NCBI GenBank assembly: GCA_013239625.1
Contig: MU053934.1
Coordinates: forward strand, 5,226,399-5,290,398
Length of the DNA stretch: 64,000 bases
Direction of reading: 5' to 3'
From: Lama guanicoe
Taxonomy: Eukaryota
The translations under genes were made by a program, and so were the position numbers. The notes beneath the pieces were generated by a model. The model did no database searches. It was not told the DNA's origin and saw nothing but the letters and a program-made list of their open reading frames with translations. Below are positions 1 to 13,495 of this stretch, one piece after another; positions within the stretch are counted from its first letter, which is position 1, and each line of letters begins with the position of its first letter.

Positions 1-299
1 TTACATTCAAATTTTTAAACTCTTATTCTTCTCTTCCTCTTCTCCTTCTTAAGCAATTTGGTTATAAAACCTCCTAGGTAGACAGAGAAGATAGTAGCCT
101 GGTTGGGGTGTCAGAGCCCAAGTAGGATGTGGAGGCCTTCACATGCAAGGAGGGCCTGGTGTGGTGTATCAGACCTCAAGAGAGGTGAGAAGGACATCCG
201 TGTGGGGTTGGGGTGGCAGGAGGAGGATTGATCAAACAAGTATGTACATTAAGGGTAGTGGGAACCAGCAACTCTCACTGTTGGAGAGGGAGTTACAAA

Positions 300-1380
300 T
301 AATGAGAGCGAGAAAACTAGAGTGAACCCTGTGATGTTGGATTGGAATCAGAAGTATTGATGTGAACTCATGAATTTAATAAGTATTGATAAATATAGAA
401 ATAACTTATGTAAAATGCATGTATGCATGTGTATTTTTATCCATACATATGTACACACATTTCTTAGCTCTGCCCATAGGGTGAGAGTGCCTGGGAGCAG
501 CAGTATCTCAATAGCAATGAGTACATCACACGTCTAGATTTTGGCTTCTAAATACTACTTTCTACTAAGAGGAATCCTAGTTTATTGGACAAATGGCTGA
601 TTCAGGATTAGAGTGGAAAAGTTTAAAATGAACCTGGAATATCTTGTGCTAGAAAGCAAAGAAGTCTTTAAGTGACCCGAGTGAGCATTATGTGCAGTGG
701 GACAAACTGAAATTATGTCACCTGATAGGATGCAATATTGCTTTGGTGATACTCGTGCCAAGGTGCATGACCTGAATCTAATCACAAGGAAGCATTAGAC
801 AGTTCCAGTTTGAGGGACATTCTACAAATTAAATAGCCTGTGATCATCTTTAAAAGTTCGAGGTCATGAAAGTCACAGCAAGGCTGAGGAACTATTTCAA
901 ACTGAAGGAGGCTAAAGAGTCATGTCAACTAAATGCCACATAGGATGTTGACCTGGATCCCCCCCCCCCGCGCTTTTTTTCCTTTGGTGAGGGTAGGTAA
1001 TTAGTTTTATTTATTTATTTTTGGAGGAGGTACTGAGAATTAAACCCAGGACCTTGTGTATGCTAAGCATGTGCTCTACAGACCTTACCCTCTTGGATCC
1101 TTTTGTTTTAAAAGACCATTGCGACGAGAGCAAAACTTGGATTGGGCCTGAGGATCAAATGGTAGTAACGTATCAGTGTTAATTTCCTGATTTTAGTAGT
1201 TGTACATTAGTTACATAGGAGATTTTATTTCTTAAGAAAAACATACATTAATTAAAATACTTGGAATGATGAAGCATGAGATTGACAACTTTCTTTCAGT
1301 GGTTCTGGGAGAAGGAGTTCTTTGTACCATACCTGCGACTTTTCTGTAAGTTTGAAAAATTCTAAAAGAACTTAAAAAAA
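300..1380 (+). mobile_element. Old L1 (L1MC/L1MD-like) 3' region fragment, interrupted by a SINE
   Basis: Motifs such as atgaacctggaatatcttgtgctagaaagcaa and ttaatttcctgattttagtagttgtac resemble ancient L1 3' UTRs. Boundaries approximate. Confidence 0.55.
975..1092 (-). mobile_element. tRNA-Ala-derived SINE (Vic-1-like)
   Basis: Reverse complement reads gtagagcacatgcttagcatacacaaggtcctgggtttaattctcagtacctcc...aaataaataaaactaattacctaccc, matching the copy at 32820. tggatcc occurs on both flanks (954-960, 1094-1100). Confidence 0.85.
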
Positions 1381-3069
1381 TATTCTTGCCTAAAATTTAA
1401 ATCATGAGAGACATATAATTGTCTTCCTTTTCTCATTTTAAACAGCCCCCCCCCACCGCAGTCTAACTCCCTAGAAATACCACACTGTTAACTAATACAT
1501 ATTGTTCTAGGCATTTTATTTATGTATGTGTGAATGTATATACAATATACAGTAGATTATATTGAGTATTTATGATATACTGGGCATACTGCATTCCTAG
1601 AAATTATAATGGTCAGCAATCAAAAGGCACAGTCCTTGCCCCTCTGTAGTAGCTACCTGGTGTCGTATATGAGGTTTTGAAAACTTTGCCTGATGGATTT
1701 CAAAAGTCAGAGAATTCTTATTTGTTCTAAAGTAATTTAATTTGATGTTTATATTCTTGTATACTCTGCTCTAAGCGCTGTTTTAAAAAACAGAATAGCC
1801 TTTTAAAACCTCTAAATGACTCCCCACGCCCTTTTTTTTGGCCTTTGGCAGACCTATTTTGCAAATGACCGACTTTCTGTTACGAGTTTTAACAAGAATG
1901 TTTTCACTTGTTACCTTTCACATTTGAAAGAATGAAATAACTTATTTATAACTGCAAATAGATTATGATTTTCCTGTACTCAGTTAAAGAATGTAAAGAA
2001 ACTATTGCTTCTTCAGAGTATACATAAACTCATGTAGGATGGGAGATATGCTTGAAAACTGAAGCAGAAGGGAGTCTGTCTTTCAAAAGGAGACAAACCC
2101 ATTTCTTAAAGATTAATCTGATTTATGTGTTGCCTCAAGATAGCAAATGACTTATTTCTCAGTTTGGAGATACATAGCTCACCATGTCGGACAGTCATCT
2201 TCATAGCTTTGTAAAGACCAGAATGTTTCCGCCATATCACTGGGCCATACAGATCTCAAGTTCTTGCAGATGTATTAGAAGGACCCATATGTAGGATGCC
2301 TGCTGGGAAAAGAACAGGAGTGGACTGAGTGAAGGGGATCATTGGGGGTGGGCGGAGGGAACTCTGCTCTTCCGATTATCCATCTGAGAGTTCGTACTGC
2401 TGTATGTCAGAAGTTACAGCCTCTGAGCATTGCTTCCATCCTGTATTTCCTCCACATTCTTACTGTCTTTCTTGCTAGCCTCTTTCTTCTTGCCTAGGCT
2501 TTCACTAACGTTTTGATCTAAAAAACTTAAATTTAGTGAGGAGGACCTCAAGGTCTATTGATGTGACGAGGTCAAGTTCTGTGTTGAATGGGCTTCAGCT
2601 TTGCAAGTTGGCATTAGCTTACTAGCTGGTTCCTAAAAATGCTGGCCACTGATTACCAGCCTGTCTAGTTGAGCGTTCTGGAGAGAATTAATTATTGGTG
2701 TTCACGTTGTTTAACAAATTTCACAAATAGTTCAAAACAGAACACATTTTTGGTCCTGAGCCATTGGTGCTTACCAGCCAGGTGTCAGGACACTCTAGTG
2801 CATCACAAAGACCTCACATGTCACAACATGCCAGTTTTCCCAGGTCTGACTCGTCCCCTTAAGGGATTCCCACTAAGATTGCTTCCGGCTGTATGACCCA
2901 GCTTTTCTCTTTCCATTAATCCATGTCCCACCACTTGCCCTTCCATAGCAGAAGTCAGAATCATGAGAATACTCTTTGATTCTACTTAAATCTCTTCCAG
3001 GTATGTCATAAGAATGCAAAAATGTACAATTGTGGAGTAAAATAGAATTGGAAAATAGCCCAATAAACT

Positions 3070-3110
3070 CTTTTTTAAAAAATATAATTTTTATTGAAGT
3101 ATAGTTGATG
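3070..3110 (-). mobile_element. Extremely 5'-truncated L1 3' tip (41 bp) with target-site duplication
   Basis: Reverse complement catcaactatacttcaataaaaa matches the L1 3' terminus seen near 41240. Flanked by tagcccaataaact at 3056-3069 and 3111-3124. Confidence 0.8.
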
Positions 3111-5859
3111 TAGCCCAATAAACTTTTGAGTGATTACTTTGATAAATACCACTTATGAAAAATCTTCACAGTTATAAGTAAGTTCTATATTTAAGATAAA
3201 ATTTTGAAACTTGATATCTTCTTTCTTTCTTGATACAGCCTTGGGTTCAGTCATCAGAACATTCTCATGTGGTGAGGCCTTCTACTTTTGCAATTTTTTG
3301 TTTGTTTTCATTTCCTGCCACATGGCAGGTGCAGCTGAGACGTACCTTCAGAAATGACTGAAAATTCTGACCCCATCTTTCTGCAGGGTGCAATGATCTG
3401 GAATCCAGAAGGGCTGTTAGTTGCAGGGTGGGAGGCTAGTGGTTAGCCTCGACTTGGACCTGTCTTGTTTCTCATTGCCCTTTAAAAGTACCTATCTCAC
3501 TTCTTTTTCCCTTTCTCACTCTTCCTTCTTGTCCTCTTTCCACTCAGATAGCATTGCCTTTTTCAGCCCTCGATTTCTCACCCCTACCAGCCACTCAATA
3601 AATGAAAGAGAATCAAAAAGAGAGAAAAGGGGAAAGAAAGGAAAAGAGAAGAAAAAACATTGTATTGCGAAGTTCTGAGCAAAATACTTAACTCTGTGTC
3701 TTTATGTGTTGCCACATCTCTTGAAACTTTTAGAGGATATGAATATTTTGTCTTTTGTATTTCAGTAAGCCATCTGTACTCTATTTAGACTCTGTGGGTT
3801 CTTTATTGTTTCGTTATAAGAGAAGGAAGTGTGGGTCAGAACCCTTTCATGTGCTTGTAAACTTCAGTCAGTCCTATGAAACTTAAGAGTCTGGTATTCA
3901 TGGACTTTTAGAGTATGCAGGTTCAATTCTTTTCCTCTTTGTAGGGATGCTGTGGGCAGCATCCTGGACCAGTCATTCACCTTTGGATTCCCAGGGACTA
4001 GTAGAGCCCAGGCAGTGTGTTTTTTCCTGGCTGTTGACCTGCCCTTCTGCTTCCTTTGCCTCACTGTATTCAGAAAATGTTACCAAGTTACTAGCTTGAG
4101 TAAATTTTGTGTGTTGCAAAGCAGTTTGTAGAACCTGGGTTTTAATGCCCGCACCATTATTTGTAAGTGTGGTGTATCTCTGAGTGATAACGTGTGTAAG
4201 GACCCAGGGGCTGCTTGGCCTCACTGATGCTCTTCTGTGAGAGTGACTGATCCTGGTGACTGTGGAGCTGCCTGTGGCCAACCCAGGAGCTCTGCTGTCC
4301 TGGTGCCACCTGCTGCTGTTCTCCTCTCGGCCGCCACCACTGCTTCTTTTTCTGTTTTTAATAAGTTGCCAATTACTGGGATTTGTAGGGGTACCGGCAG
4401 TTCACTGAAATAGGCATAGGAAAAATATAATTGCTTTCTAATCTTTATTTTCATTTATCCAGTGAAATTATTGATATTAAGAAGTCTCTCAGCAGTTGTT
4501 ATTTTGGAAGTGCTATTGCATTTTTATCTTACCAAACAGCACCATTCAGTTTTTCCATTTTTAAGACGGCATACAAGCATGTAGCAGGGGGCACTTTTCC
4601 CAGAAGACGTTACTTCTGACAATGATAATTTCAGGTGTATTCCACAGATGTAATCTAGTGGCTGATCAGCTGTTTGTGACCACTCCTGTAGCACACGGGA
4701 GTGTGCTCAGCCCATTTTTTCAATTGGTTGGCTTGTTCTCATAGGAAAAATTATCAGTGTCTTTTGTCTGTTTTTTTCAATGATGTATCCCAAGTGCTTG
4801 ATAGAATAATAAGTATTTTTAGCATTGTGTAAGCGAACAAATATAATTAAATAAACATGCCATTCACAGGTCATTTGTTAAGGTAAGATCATGTTTTTAT
4901 GTACTGATACTGAAAAGGATTTTTTGGTATTTACTAGAGGTCAAAAGATTACTCGTACTCTAGGTAAGTTGATTCTGTGACTTACACACTAAGAAAGAAT
5001 TTACAGATAATATATTAATATAATTACCAAAATCTCGAGATTAGTCATATTGGTTTGCCCACAGAGGCAGTAATGATCATCAACCTGGAAGATTTAGGAT
5101 CTGAGTGAGGTTCACTATTGAATCTTTAAAGTGAGTCGTTAATTTGAACATTGACATTTAAACATTGAGTTTTTTTTTTCAAAGTAATGGAATAACTATC
5201 TGAAAGCTACCATTGTAACAAACAAATACTACCTTCCATGACATTCTCAGTTTGCTATATTATCTAATTGTTTTTTAAATGTAATTATTAAGAGTTGGAA
5301 ATTTATGATTTATAGAGCATTTTCTTCTAAATCAATCAGAAAAATAATTTTTGAATCCTTAAGTACAGTGTCAGCGCCATTCTCATTTGGAGAACCTATC
5401 AAGTGAATTTGGACAGCCTAAGGGGATTTTGACTATTAGGAAATAATAATTCCTCTTGGATTCTGAGGTTCTGAGGTTGGATTTTATTCTCATCTACTGC
5501 AGTACAAGAGAATAATACAATAGTATTGAAGAAATTATGCAGTGAACCAAATACTGGTTCCTATTTCCAAAGGTTTTTCTTGGGTCCTTACCTCTTTAAG
5601 CCAGTTTCTTCAAATGTAGAATGAAGTTAGCAGAATTTGCCTTAGTGGTGTGAAGATACATATTTAGGGCAGTGTCTGACACATAATGAGCACAGAAATA
5701 TTAGATACTAATATGGTTATTAAAATGTCTGGCTTCTGTCTAAGATGCTCATTCAAGAGGTTACTGGGCATGAGTATAAGGTTAGGAACAGTTTCTAAAG
5801 ATCAGCAGAGTTTCGTCTCTTTTATTTGAATGATTCCATGTTTAAGAATATAATTTTTA

Positions 5860-7870
5860 TAGTATTACTACCGTAGTAACACAAAATGTAAGAAATTTGG
5901 GACTAAACCTAACAAGATCTCCATGGAAGAAAATGTAAGGTTTTTTTTCCCCCCGCAAGAAAACGTAAATTTATATTAGGAGACATGAAGATGTGAATAA
6001 GCATAGAGTTTCTGTCATGATCATGGATGAGAAGACTCAATAATTTAAAGATGTTATTTCTCTGCAAATTGACATTTAAGTCCAAAGCAATCCCAATAAA
6101 AATCCCAGTAATTTTTCTACAACTTGTTAAGCTGATGTTTAAATTTAAGTGGAAGAAAGAACAGGAGTAACAAGTAGGAGGACTTACTAGATGTCACAAC
6201 TTAGAGTAGAGCTATGGTAATGAACACAGCCCAGTGTAGGTCATAGATGTAGGGGAAGGGAGGTGGATCATTGGGTCGGAGTGGGAAGCCTAAATTCAGA
6301 CCACCACGCATATATGGAATCTGTAATAGAACTGGCCTCACCACTCGATCAAGGGGGAGAGGTGACAGTTGGCACTGCAGATTAGTATGGGAAATTGTGG
6401 ACTTTCCAGCAAATGGTGCTAGGATGCTCTATATGATTGTCTCAGGGTGGCCATATCAAAATGTCACAAACGGGTGATTTATAACATCAGAAAATTTTAT
6501 TCTCATTGTTCTAAAGGCTAGAAGTCCAAAATCAAGGTGTTGGCAGGGCCAGGCTCTTTCTTTGCTCTAGGCTCCAGGCTCCAGGCTCCCTCTAAAAGGC
6601 ACTAGGGAAGAATTGTTTCCTTATCTCTTCCTAGCTTCTGGTGTTTGCTGGCAATCTTTGACATTTCTTGGCTTATAGCTGCATCACTCCAATTTCTGCT
6701 TCCATCTTCACATGACCATCTTCCTTTTATGTAAGGATCAAGTCAGACACTGTATACAAGAACAAATACCAAATGGGTTCAGATCAATATGAAAAGATTT
6801 AATACTTCTAGAAACAAATATAGGAGAATATTTATGACCTTGGGACAGGGATGTTTTAAACAATACTAAAAGCATAAATCATGAATGAAAAAAGTTGATG
6901 CATTCATGTTCATAGTTATGAACTTACATTCATCAAATGACAATAATGAAAGTAAGTGAAACTAGGAGAAAATATTTTCAGCCCATATGATCAACAAAGG
7001 ATTTGAATCCAGAGTATATAAAGAACTCTTACAAACCAATAAAACCTAGTAGAAAAAGAAATGAAATAAGAATTTCACAGTAGAGAAAAATCCAAATGGC
7101 CAATAAACGTGGGAAAAAATTCAACTTAATTAGTCATCAAGGAAATGCAAGTTGAACCACAATGAGATACGATTTTCTACTCATCAGATTAGCAAAAATT
7201 AAAAGATTTGAAAATACCAAGAATTGGTGAGGATATGGGACAGTGAGAATTTTTATACTCTTTTGGTGGGAGTGTAAATGTTAGTAACCACTTTGGAAAT
7301 AGTATAGCAGTGTCCAGTAAAGCTGGAAAATATATACACCCAGTGAACCAGCAGTTTTGAGTTGTGGGAAACCCACCCCACTGAAGAACTCTTGTGTATA
7401 TGCTTATATAGGAGACATATTCTAGGATTTTATGGCAACTTTGCATGTAGTAGTAAAAATTGGAAACCTTTTGGTGAGAAGGAGAATGGATAAGTTCATT
7501 GTGGTATATTAACAGTGAAAACTCTATACAGAAAGCGTTTACATGAATGAATATAACACAACATAACAAATGAATTTCAGGAGCATAGTGTTGAGTGAGA
7601 TAAGCAAGTCACAGAAGAATAAAATAGTATGATTCCATTTATAAAATTCAAAATGTATAGAACTCAAATGCATTGTTTAGGTTACAAGCATTATGTGGTG
7701 AAGCAAAGGGTGATAAGCATCCACTGGGGGTCGTAACTCTCAGGGTAGGAAAAGGTGCGATCATGGAGGGTACCAAGGGCTCTCAGTACTGACAGCGTTC
7801 TATTCTTTAACCAAGTGCTGGGTACATGGATGTTCCTTTGTATGTATTAAGTGTTTAATAATAAAAACTT
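5860..7870 (+). mobile_element. Degraded L1 (L1M/L1ME-like) ORF2 end and 3' UTR, interrupted by an MLT1 LTR
   Basis: L1 ORF2 hallmarks aaagcaatcccaataaaaatcccag, aaatggccaataaac, agtcatcaaggaaatgcaa, ggtgggagtgtaaat. Many stop codons. Confidence 0.75.
6430..6735 (-). mobile_element. MaLR LTR fragment (MLT1-like)
   Basis: tttattctcattgttctaaaggctagaagtccaaaatcaaggtgttggcagggcc and cctagcttctggtgtttgctggcaatctttg are typical MLT1 motifs. Confidence 0.8.
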
Positions 7871-8644
7871 TAAAAACTTAAAATTATCCTCAAAAGTTTT
7901 ATTGTTTTTAGGAGCAGAAAAATAACAGAAATGTCAAGTCTCCATCCAAAAAGTAATTCAAGCGCTGAATACTTATTTTCACATGTGTTTTGAATTCTTT
8001 GTAGATGAGAGATGCTTGAAACAGGGAGAAGGGAAAGGCAGGCCCAGTGATCCTTGGCTGTCTCCTGTCTCTGGCATTGAGGCAGCTTTTGCCGCTGCAG
8101 ACGTGACATTGTGTCTCGAGCTGGCTGAAGGGGGTTTTAGCAGCACATGAAAGCATATACACATTTTTAGCAAAGCAGCAATATGCCCATCTCCTGTTCA
8201 TTTCATTTCTTCTTGGCATCTAAGTGACTGAGACAGATGGAAAATGTTTCCCACATTAGATTCTCTTTCAACATGTCAGCCATTTAATTTTATTGTCCCT
8301 AATCTCCTGTTGATAAGACTTCAGATGTGAGTGGTTGACTCGAGAGTCCGATTTACTCTAGTCAAAGTTGATAGCAACCTGTTCTTGGGGCAGCCTGCCT
8401 TTACAACATTCACTTTCCCACTGAGTTCTCCAGTGCAGAAGCTTTCAATGAGAGTGTATGCCTGCCTCTTTCTAATCAAATCATATACTTAATAGAGAGT
8501 AGGAAACACAATAAATAAAACTAGCTTTCATTTCTTCCGGCCCGTCTGGACATGCAGTCATCTGGCTAGCAAGAAAAAGCCCAAACCTTTATCTCACCAA
8601 AACAACACGGAAAATTCAATATGGAGCAAAATAAAAAGTTTAAA

Positions 8645-8835
8645 TTAAGAACATGGGCTTGGCATCAGACAAAGCTACGTTCAAGCCTCAGATCTACCAC
8701 CTATGTGTAAAAACCTTTGTAATTTACTCAAAGTCTCTGAGCCTCAGTTTTCTCATTTATAAAATGGGGGTGTTAATAGTTCCTATCTCATGGTTTTAAG
8801 GATTAAAGGACTAATACATATAAAGCACATGATTG
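8645..8835 (+). mobile_element. MIR SINE
   Basis: Core ctctgagcctcagttttctcatttataaaatgggg...aggattaaa. Confidence 0.8.
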
Positions 8836-9647
8836 TTACTGTTGTTACTCTTGGACCGGCCCTAATTTTCATAGAAAAAGCAGGCACAGGTTGGGCCCTT
8901 GGGCTAAATATTCCTCCTGCCTCCCCATCCACCCCTCATATTTCACGGGGCTTGTCATCTCTTTCTACTGTTTGACTCACTGTGTGACCATAGGCGAATC
9001 ACACAAAATCTTTGAAATGGTTTCTTCAGCTATAAGAGATGACAGTGTGTGTGTCCCAGTTTTGCTATACAGATCAAATAGTCAAGTGAGATGAGGCAGT
9101 GGGCACGAGAGTCTTCTGTGCATCATACCCCCAGCCCCTGCCAGCAAGCCTGTTGATGTTTGTTGGATGTACAGAGTTTTATCTTTATAAAATAGCTTTG
9201 AAGGCACGTGAGTCTGACAGTCTTTGCTTGAAATTGCTAAGAATGTAAAACAATTTCCTTTTCCAGATACATTGAGAACTATTTTGGACTTTGGTCAAAA
9301 TTATTTTCTCTAATATTTTTCATGCATTGCTTTCAGTGGTTAAAATGAGTAGACGAGTCTAGTCTTAACACTTCTAATTATTCCTCATTACTGCAGTGGG
9401 GACAGTGTTAGAGTCAAATAAAGGTGAGGATTAGAAACTATTAACAGACTGTTAACATTCTTTGATACTTATCTTTCCTAGAACTTAAATCAATTAAATT
9501 ATAAAGAATATAAAATAGTTTTCTATGCTGTGGTTTGCTGAGACTTAAATTGTCTTTAGATTTGTCCTTTTTTTTTTTTTTTTTTCCTTCCTCTCTTCCT
9601 TCTCCCAGGTTTAAAATTTTTCTCTTGGGCCTTGAGCTGTCATCCCT

Positions 9648-9718
9648 NNNNNNNNNNNNNNNNNNNNNNNNNNNNNNNNNNNNNNNNNNNNNNNNNNNNN
9701 NNNNNNNNNNNNNNNNNN
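9648..9718. other. Assembly gap (71 N)
   Basis: Run of N between two poly-T-associated segments. Confidence 0.99.
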
Positions 9719-10044
9719 TTTTTTTTTTTTTTTTTGCCATCCTCTCTTCCTGCTCTCAGGATAAACTCATTACTCTAGGGACTTGAGCTGTCATCTCTGT
9801 GTACTCCTGATCTTCGTACCAGCTCCACTATTCCTCTGATAAGTCTCCAAGCCCTACTGAGCATCTTTATCTGGATGCCCCATGGGCATACAAGGGCTAC
9901 CATATCCACAACTGAACTCATTATCTGCCCTGCCGCCTTCCCCCAGCCCCAGATCTGCAGTCTTCCTCCTGCCTGCTCCTCTTGATTGATAGCCATCCTT
10001 TCGCAGTGACTCTAGTCTAGGAACCTGGAAATTATCCTAGACCA

Positions 10045-10225
10045 GAACTGACACTTGGGGCTGGAGAATTCTTTGCTTGAGGGGCCTGTCCTGTGCATTG
10101 TAGAGTGTTTAACAGCAGATGTGGCCTCAACCTAGTAGATGCCAGTAGGACCCTGGCCCCTCCATGGTGACAATCAGATACGTCCCCTGGAGGGCGAAAA
10201 TCATCCCTGCTGAAAATGACTGTCT
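10045..10225 (-). mobile_element. MER20 (hAT-Charlie) DNA transposon remnant within L2-like sequence
   Basis: ggggcctgtcctgtgcattgtagagtgtttaacagc...tagatgccagtag...gtcccctggagggcgaaaatcatccc match the MER20 pattern. Confidence 0.8.
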
Positions 10226-11662
10226 TCCACTTTTCTTTTTCTTTTACCTCCCACATTCAGTCAGTTACCAAGCCCTTTTGATACTGCTTCCTGAATATCT
10301 TTCTGAGATTTCATCTTTCCTTTTTATTCTCATTGTTTATGCCTTAGTTCAGGTTCTTTTCTCTTGATTGAACTATTTTAGTAGTACTAAGAACACCACC
10401 TGTATTGAGTACCTGACATGCTTTACATGTATTTACATACAGTCCTTACCACAAACTTATTGTAGGTCTCTGAGTTGCAGGCAACCTAAATCTAGCTCAA
10501 ACCTTTAAACCAAAAGAGGAACTTAACTGCTTGCGTTACTAGGAAGCTCAGAACTCCACCCTCCTCTGTACCTCTGGGCACTGTTAGCTTGTGCTTTGCT
10601 TCAGTCTCATTGACTCTGGCTGCAGGGCAGCCAGCGGCCCTGACATCTCTTAGCCTACTTTGTCCTTACATCCCTCCATCCCAGAGAGGACAACAGGAGG
10701 CTGTCACCAGAGCTCTGGCAGCTGTCTTCAAAAGAGGCTAGTCCTTCACCTACAGCAAAAATGTGTAGGGAGATAATCCCTAGTTTACATGTAAGGAAAC
10801 TGAGGCTCTGGGAGGGGAACCCTGTGCCCAAGATTATGTTGTGGGTGGAGCTGGATGGGGTGTGTCTCCAGAGCCTGTTCCTCTTACTGTGTGCTGCATG
10901 GCAACTCATCTGCCCTTTTGTCTGTCTCTTCTTCTGCCAGGTAGCCTTCTCTCTCTCTCTTCAAAGGTTAGCTTTCTCAAATGAAAATGTGATTGTTTAA
11001 AATTTGGTTTACCTTGCTTAGTATATTTCTTCTGTGGTTCCTCACCAAGATAAAGTCCAACTTAAGCCTGAAAGATAAAGCCCTTTGTATTAGCTCTGTT
11101 CACCTTGGAATTAGCTCCTGTCATTCCCCTAGTTGTGCTCAAGGCTCCAGCCACCCGCTGCGTTACAGCTGCAGGCTTCTGCAATTTCTTCAGTGGAGTA
11201 GTCCAGATCACTGGGAAACACAGACCTGTGTTTGAATCTTGGTACTGTCACCTAGCAGTTCTGTGACCTTGGACCCCGCCTGGTACGCCCAGCCCACCTT
11301 GTCCCCCTAACTGAAATCTGTCTTTTGTGAACGTGGCCCTTTTGGAGAGGCCTTGTTGGCCTCTCAGCGTCTCTACCCTCTTAACCATTCCATTCTGCAC
11401 ATCCTGCTGTTAGCACTTTCATTAGTATCCTTATTGCCAGCATTTATTATTTTTTAAAAGCATACCTTTGGGAACAGATTAGCTTGGAGTTTTTATGGCC
11501 TTTGAGCATGGACACAGGCCAGGGTTGTGGTCTGTGTGAACTGGGTTTCTGCGAGCTTCCAGCATGCGTCAGCTGCTCTTGTGGCTGCAGCTTTGCTCCT
11601 GCCTCCGTGCCTTGCCTTTCACCAGCTGGGCATTTCTGGTTTCTTTTTCAAATGGTCTTCAG

Positions 11663-11850
11663 CAGTGCTGTCCAGTAGAACTTTCTGTCATGATAGAAAT
11701 CTTCTGTATCTGTGCTGTCCAGTAAGGTAGCCAGTAGTCATGGGTGGCTGTTGGACATTTGAAATGTGACTTGGTATAACTGAGAAACTAATTTTTAAAT
11801 TTTAGTTAATTTGAGTTGGCACATGTGGCTAGTAGTCACCATATCAGAAA
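11663..11850. mobile_element. MER3-like hAT MITE
   Basis: cagtgctgtccagtagaactttctgtcatgatagaaat...cacatgtggctagtag. Confidence 0.8.
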
Positions 11851-12769
11851 CCTGGGGTCTTAACTGTTAATAATAAAAGCTTAACCCTTCCTGTTAAATG
11901 AGACTTTATGTCTTCTCATAATTTGTAACTTCAGATCTTCTTCCTCTTGTTTGTGGAAAACTCTTCTGTACTTTGGTGCCTGCTGCATTTAGAGTAGTAA
12001 ACACATATTAAAGTTGAATAAAGTACTTAATGTCACTGAACGCTATACTTAAAAATGGTCAAAATGGTGAATTTTATGGCATGTTTATTTTACTACAATT
12101 TAAAAAAAGAGAGATTGCCCACATGGTGAAGGGTCATGAAATCTTCAGGTTAGGACCATCAGGGAGGTTTTCGCTGAGGAGCGAGCACCCTGAGTCCAAA
12201 AGGAATGAACGGTGGCCCAGATGACAAGTGGCTTCCTGACCTGGACCTGAAGAGGCTGGCTGGCAAGGGGGTGCCAGAACTTGAAAAGCCCAGTCCTGAA
12301 GGTTCGGTCCTGAAAGCCATGGGGGGGTTGTAAGCAAGCAAATGACACATGTTTAGATTTTATTTTTATGATCACTCTGGCTGCTCTGTGGAGGATGTAT
12401 CAGAGGGTGGCAGAACTGGACCGTGGGAGACATAATCAGGCTAGTAACAATCACAGCGATAATGACAGCAGCTAACGTTCAGTGTTGCAGCGATTCTGGA
12501 GGAGATGATGAGAGCCTGAGAGTGCATGATGGGGTTAGGAAAGATGCCATCTCTTCTTTGAAAAATAGGACGTCCTTATTTGGAGAGGTCTTGATCTATT
12601 TTGCAGTGTACTGCTGTATAGGAATAGGTAATCCAGAGCCACGTGAAATATCTTATTCTTTAGTGACTCTTTAAATATGGAAGAAAGAACTCTCAATTAA
12701 TATGACAAATGTAGAATTATATATAAGTCTTTTCCTTAAAAAATAATGTAAATAGGTATTGGTAGGAGA

Positions 12770-13112
12770 GAGAGATGGCTGTGGCTCTGAAAGAGTGGCA
12801 CATGGGATTCTTGTAGTGGAACTGTTCTGTATTTTGACTATGGTGTGGTGGTGGTGGTTCAAGTCCACACACATGACAAATTGTATAGAATAAATACACA
12901 TACAAACGAGTACTTATAACGCTGGTGAAATCTTAATAAGGTTGGTGGGTTGTATCAGTGTCAGTTTCCTGGCTGTGACGTGGTTCTGTAACCACAAGAT
13001 TTACCGTTGGAGGAGTGAGTGAAGAGTATACAGGTTCTTTCTGTGTTATTTCTTACAATTGCATGTGTATCTACAGTTACCTCAAAAGAAAAAGTTAAAA
13101 ACAAAAAAATAA
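12770..13112 (+). mobile_element. L1MC-like 3' end fragment
   Basis: ttgtatcagtgtcagtttcctggctgtgac...ttatttcttacaattgcatgtgtatctacagttacctcaaaa followed by an A-rich tail. Confidence 0.7.
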
Positions 13113-13239
13113 AGCAGATACCCTTGGAATTCCTGGCTTTTAGCATTTTCCTTTGATTTGGATGTTTCTTTGGTAATAATTTTCTACAGAAATGACTTGT
13201 TTTGATTACATTTGACACATTGCTGAAGTATATGTTGCC

Positions 13240-13420
13240 CTTTTGTCAATCCTGAGATACACATTTTTTCACCTTTTAACATCTTTGATATAAAGGATGC
13301 ATCTTACAGTTCATGGAGACTTGGCGTTGAGTCTGGTTAATTGGCAGCAGTTTTTCTTAGTGGCACCTTAAATGTTTGTGTCTTATAATCTCTGGTGTCC
13401 TAGATTTGATACATACGATT
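13240..13420. mobile_element. TcMar (MER104/Kanga-like) remnant
   Basis: gatacacattttttcaccttttaacatctttga...gatgcatcttaca...tagatttgatacatacg. A related stretch occurs near 29600. Confidence 0.55.
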
Positions 13421-13495
13421 CCTGAGTCATTTGGTCGTGCTGGAAAGAACAGAGTCTGGTAAAAGTTTTGTTTGACATGCGCGCGCGTGTGTGTG

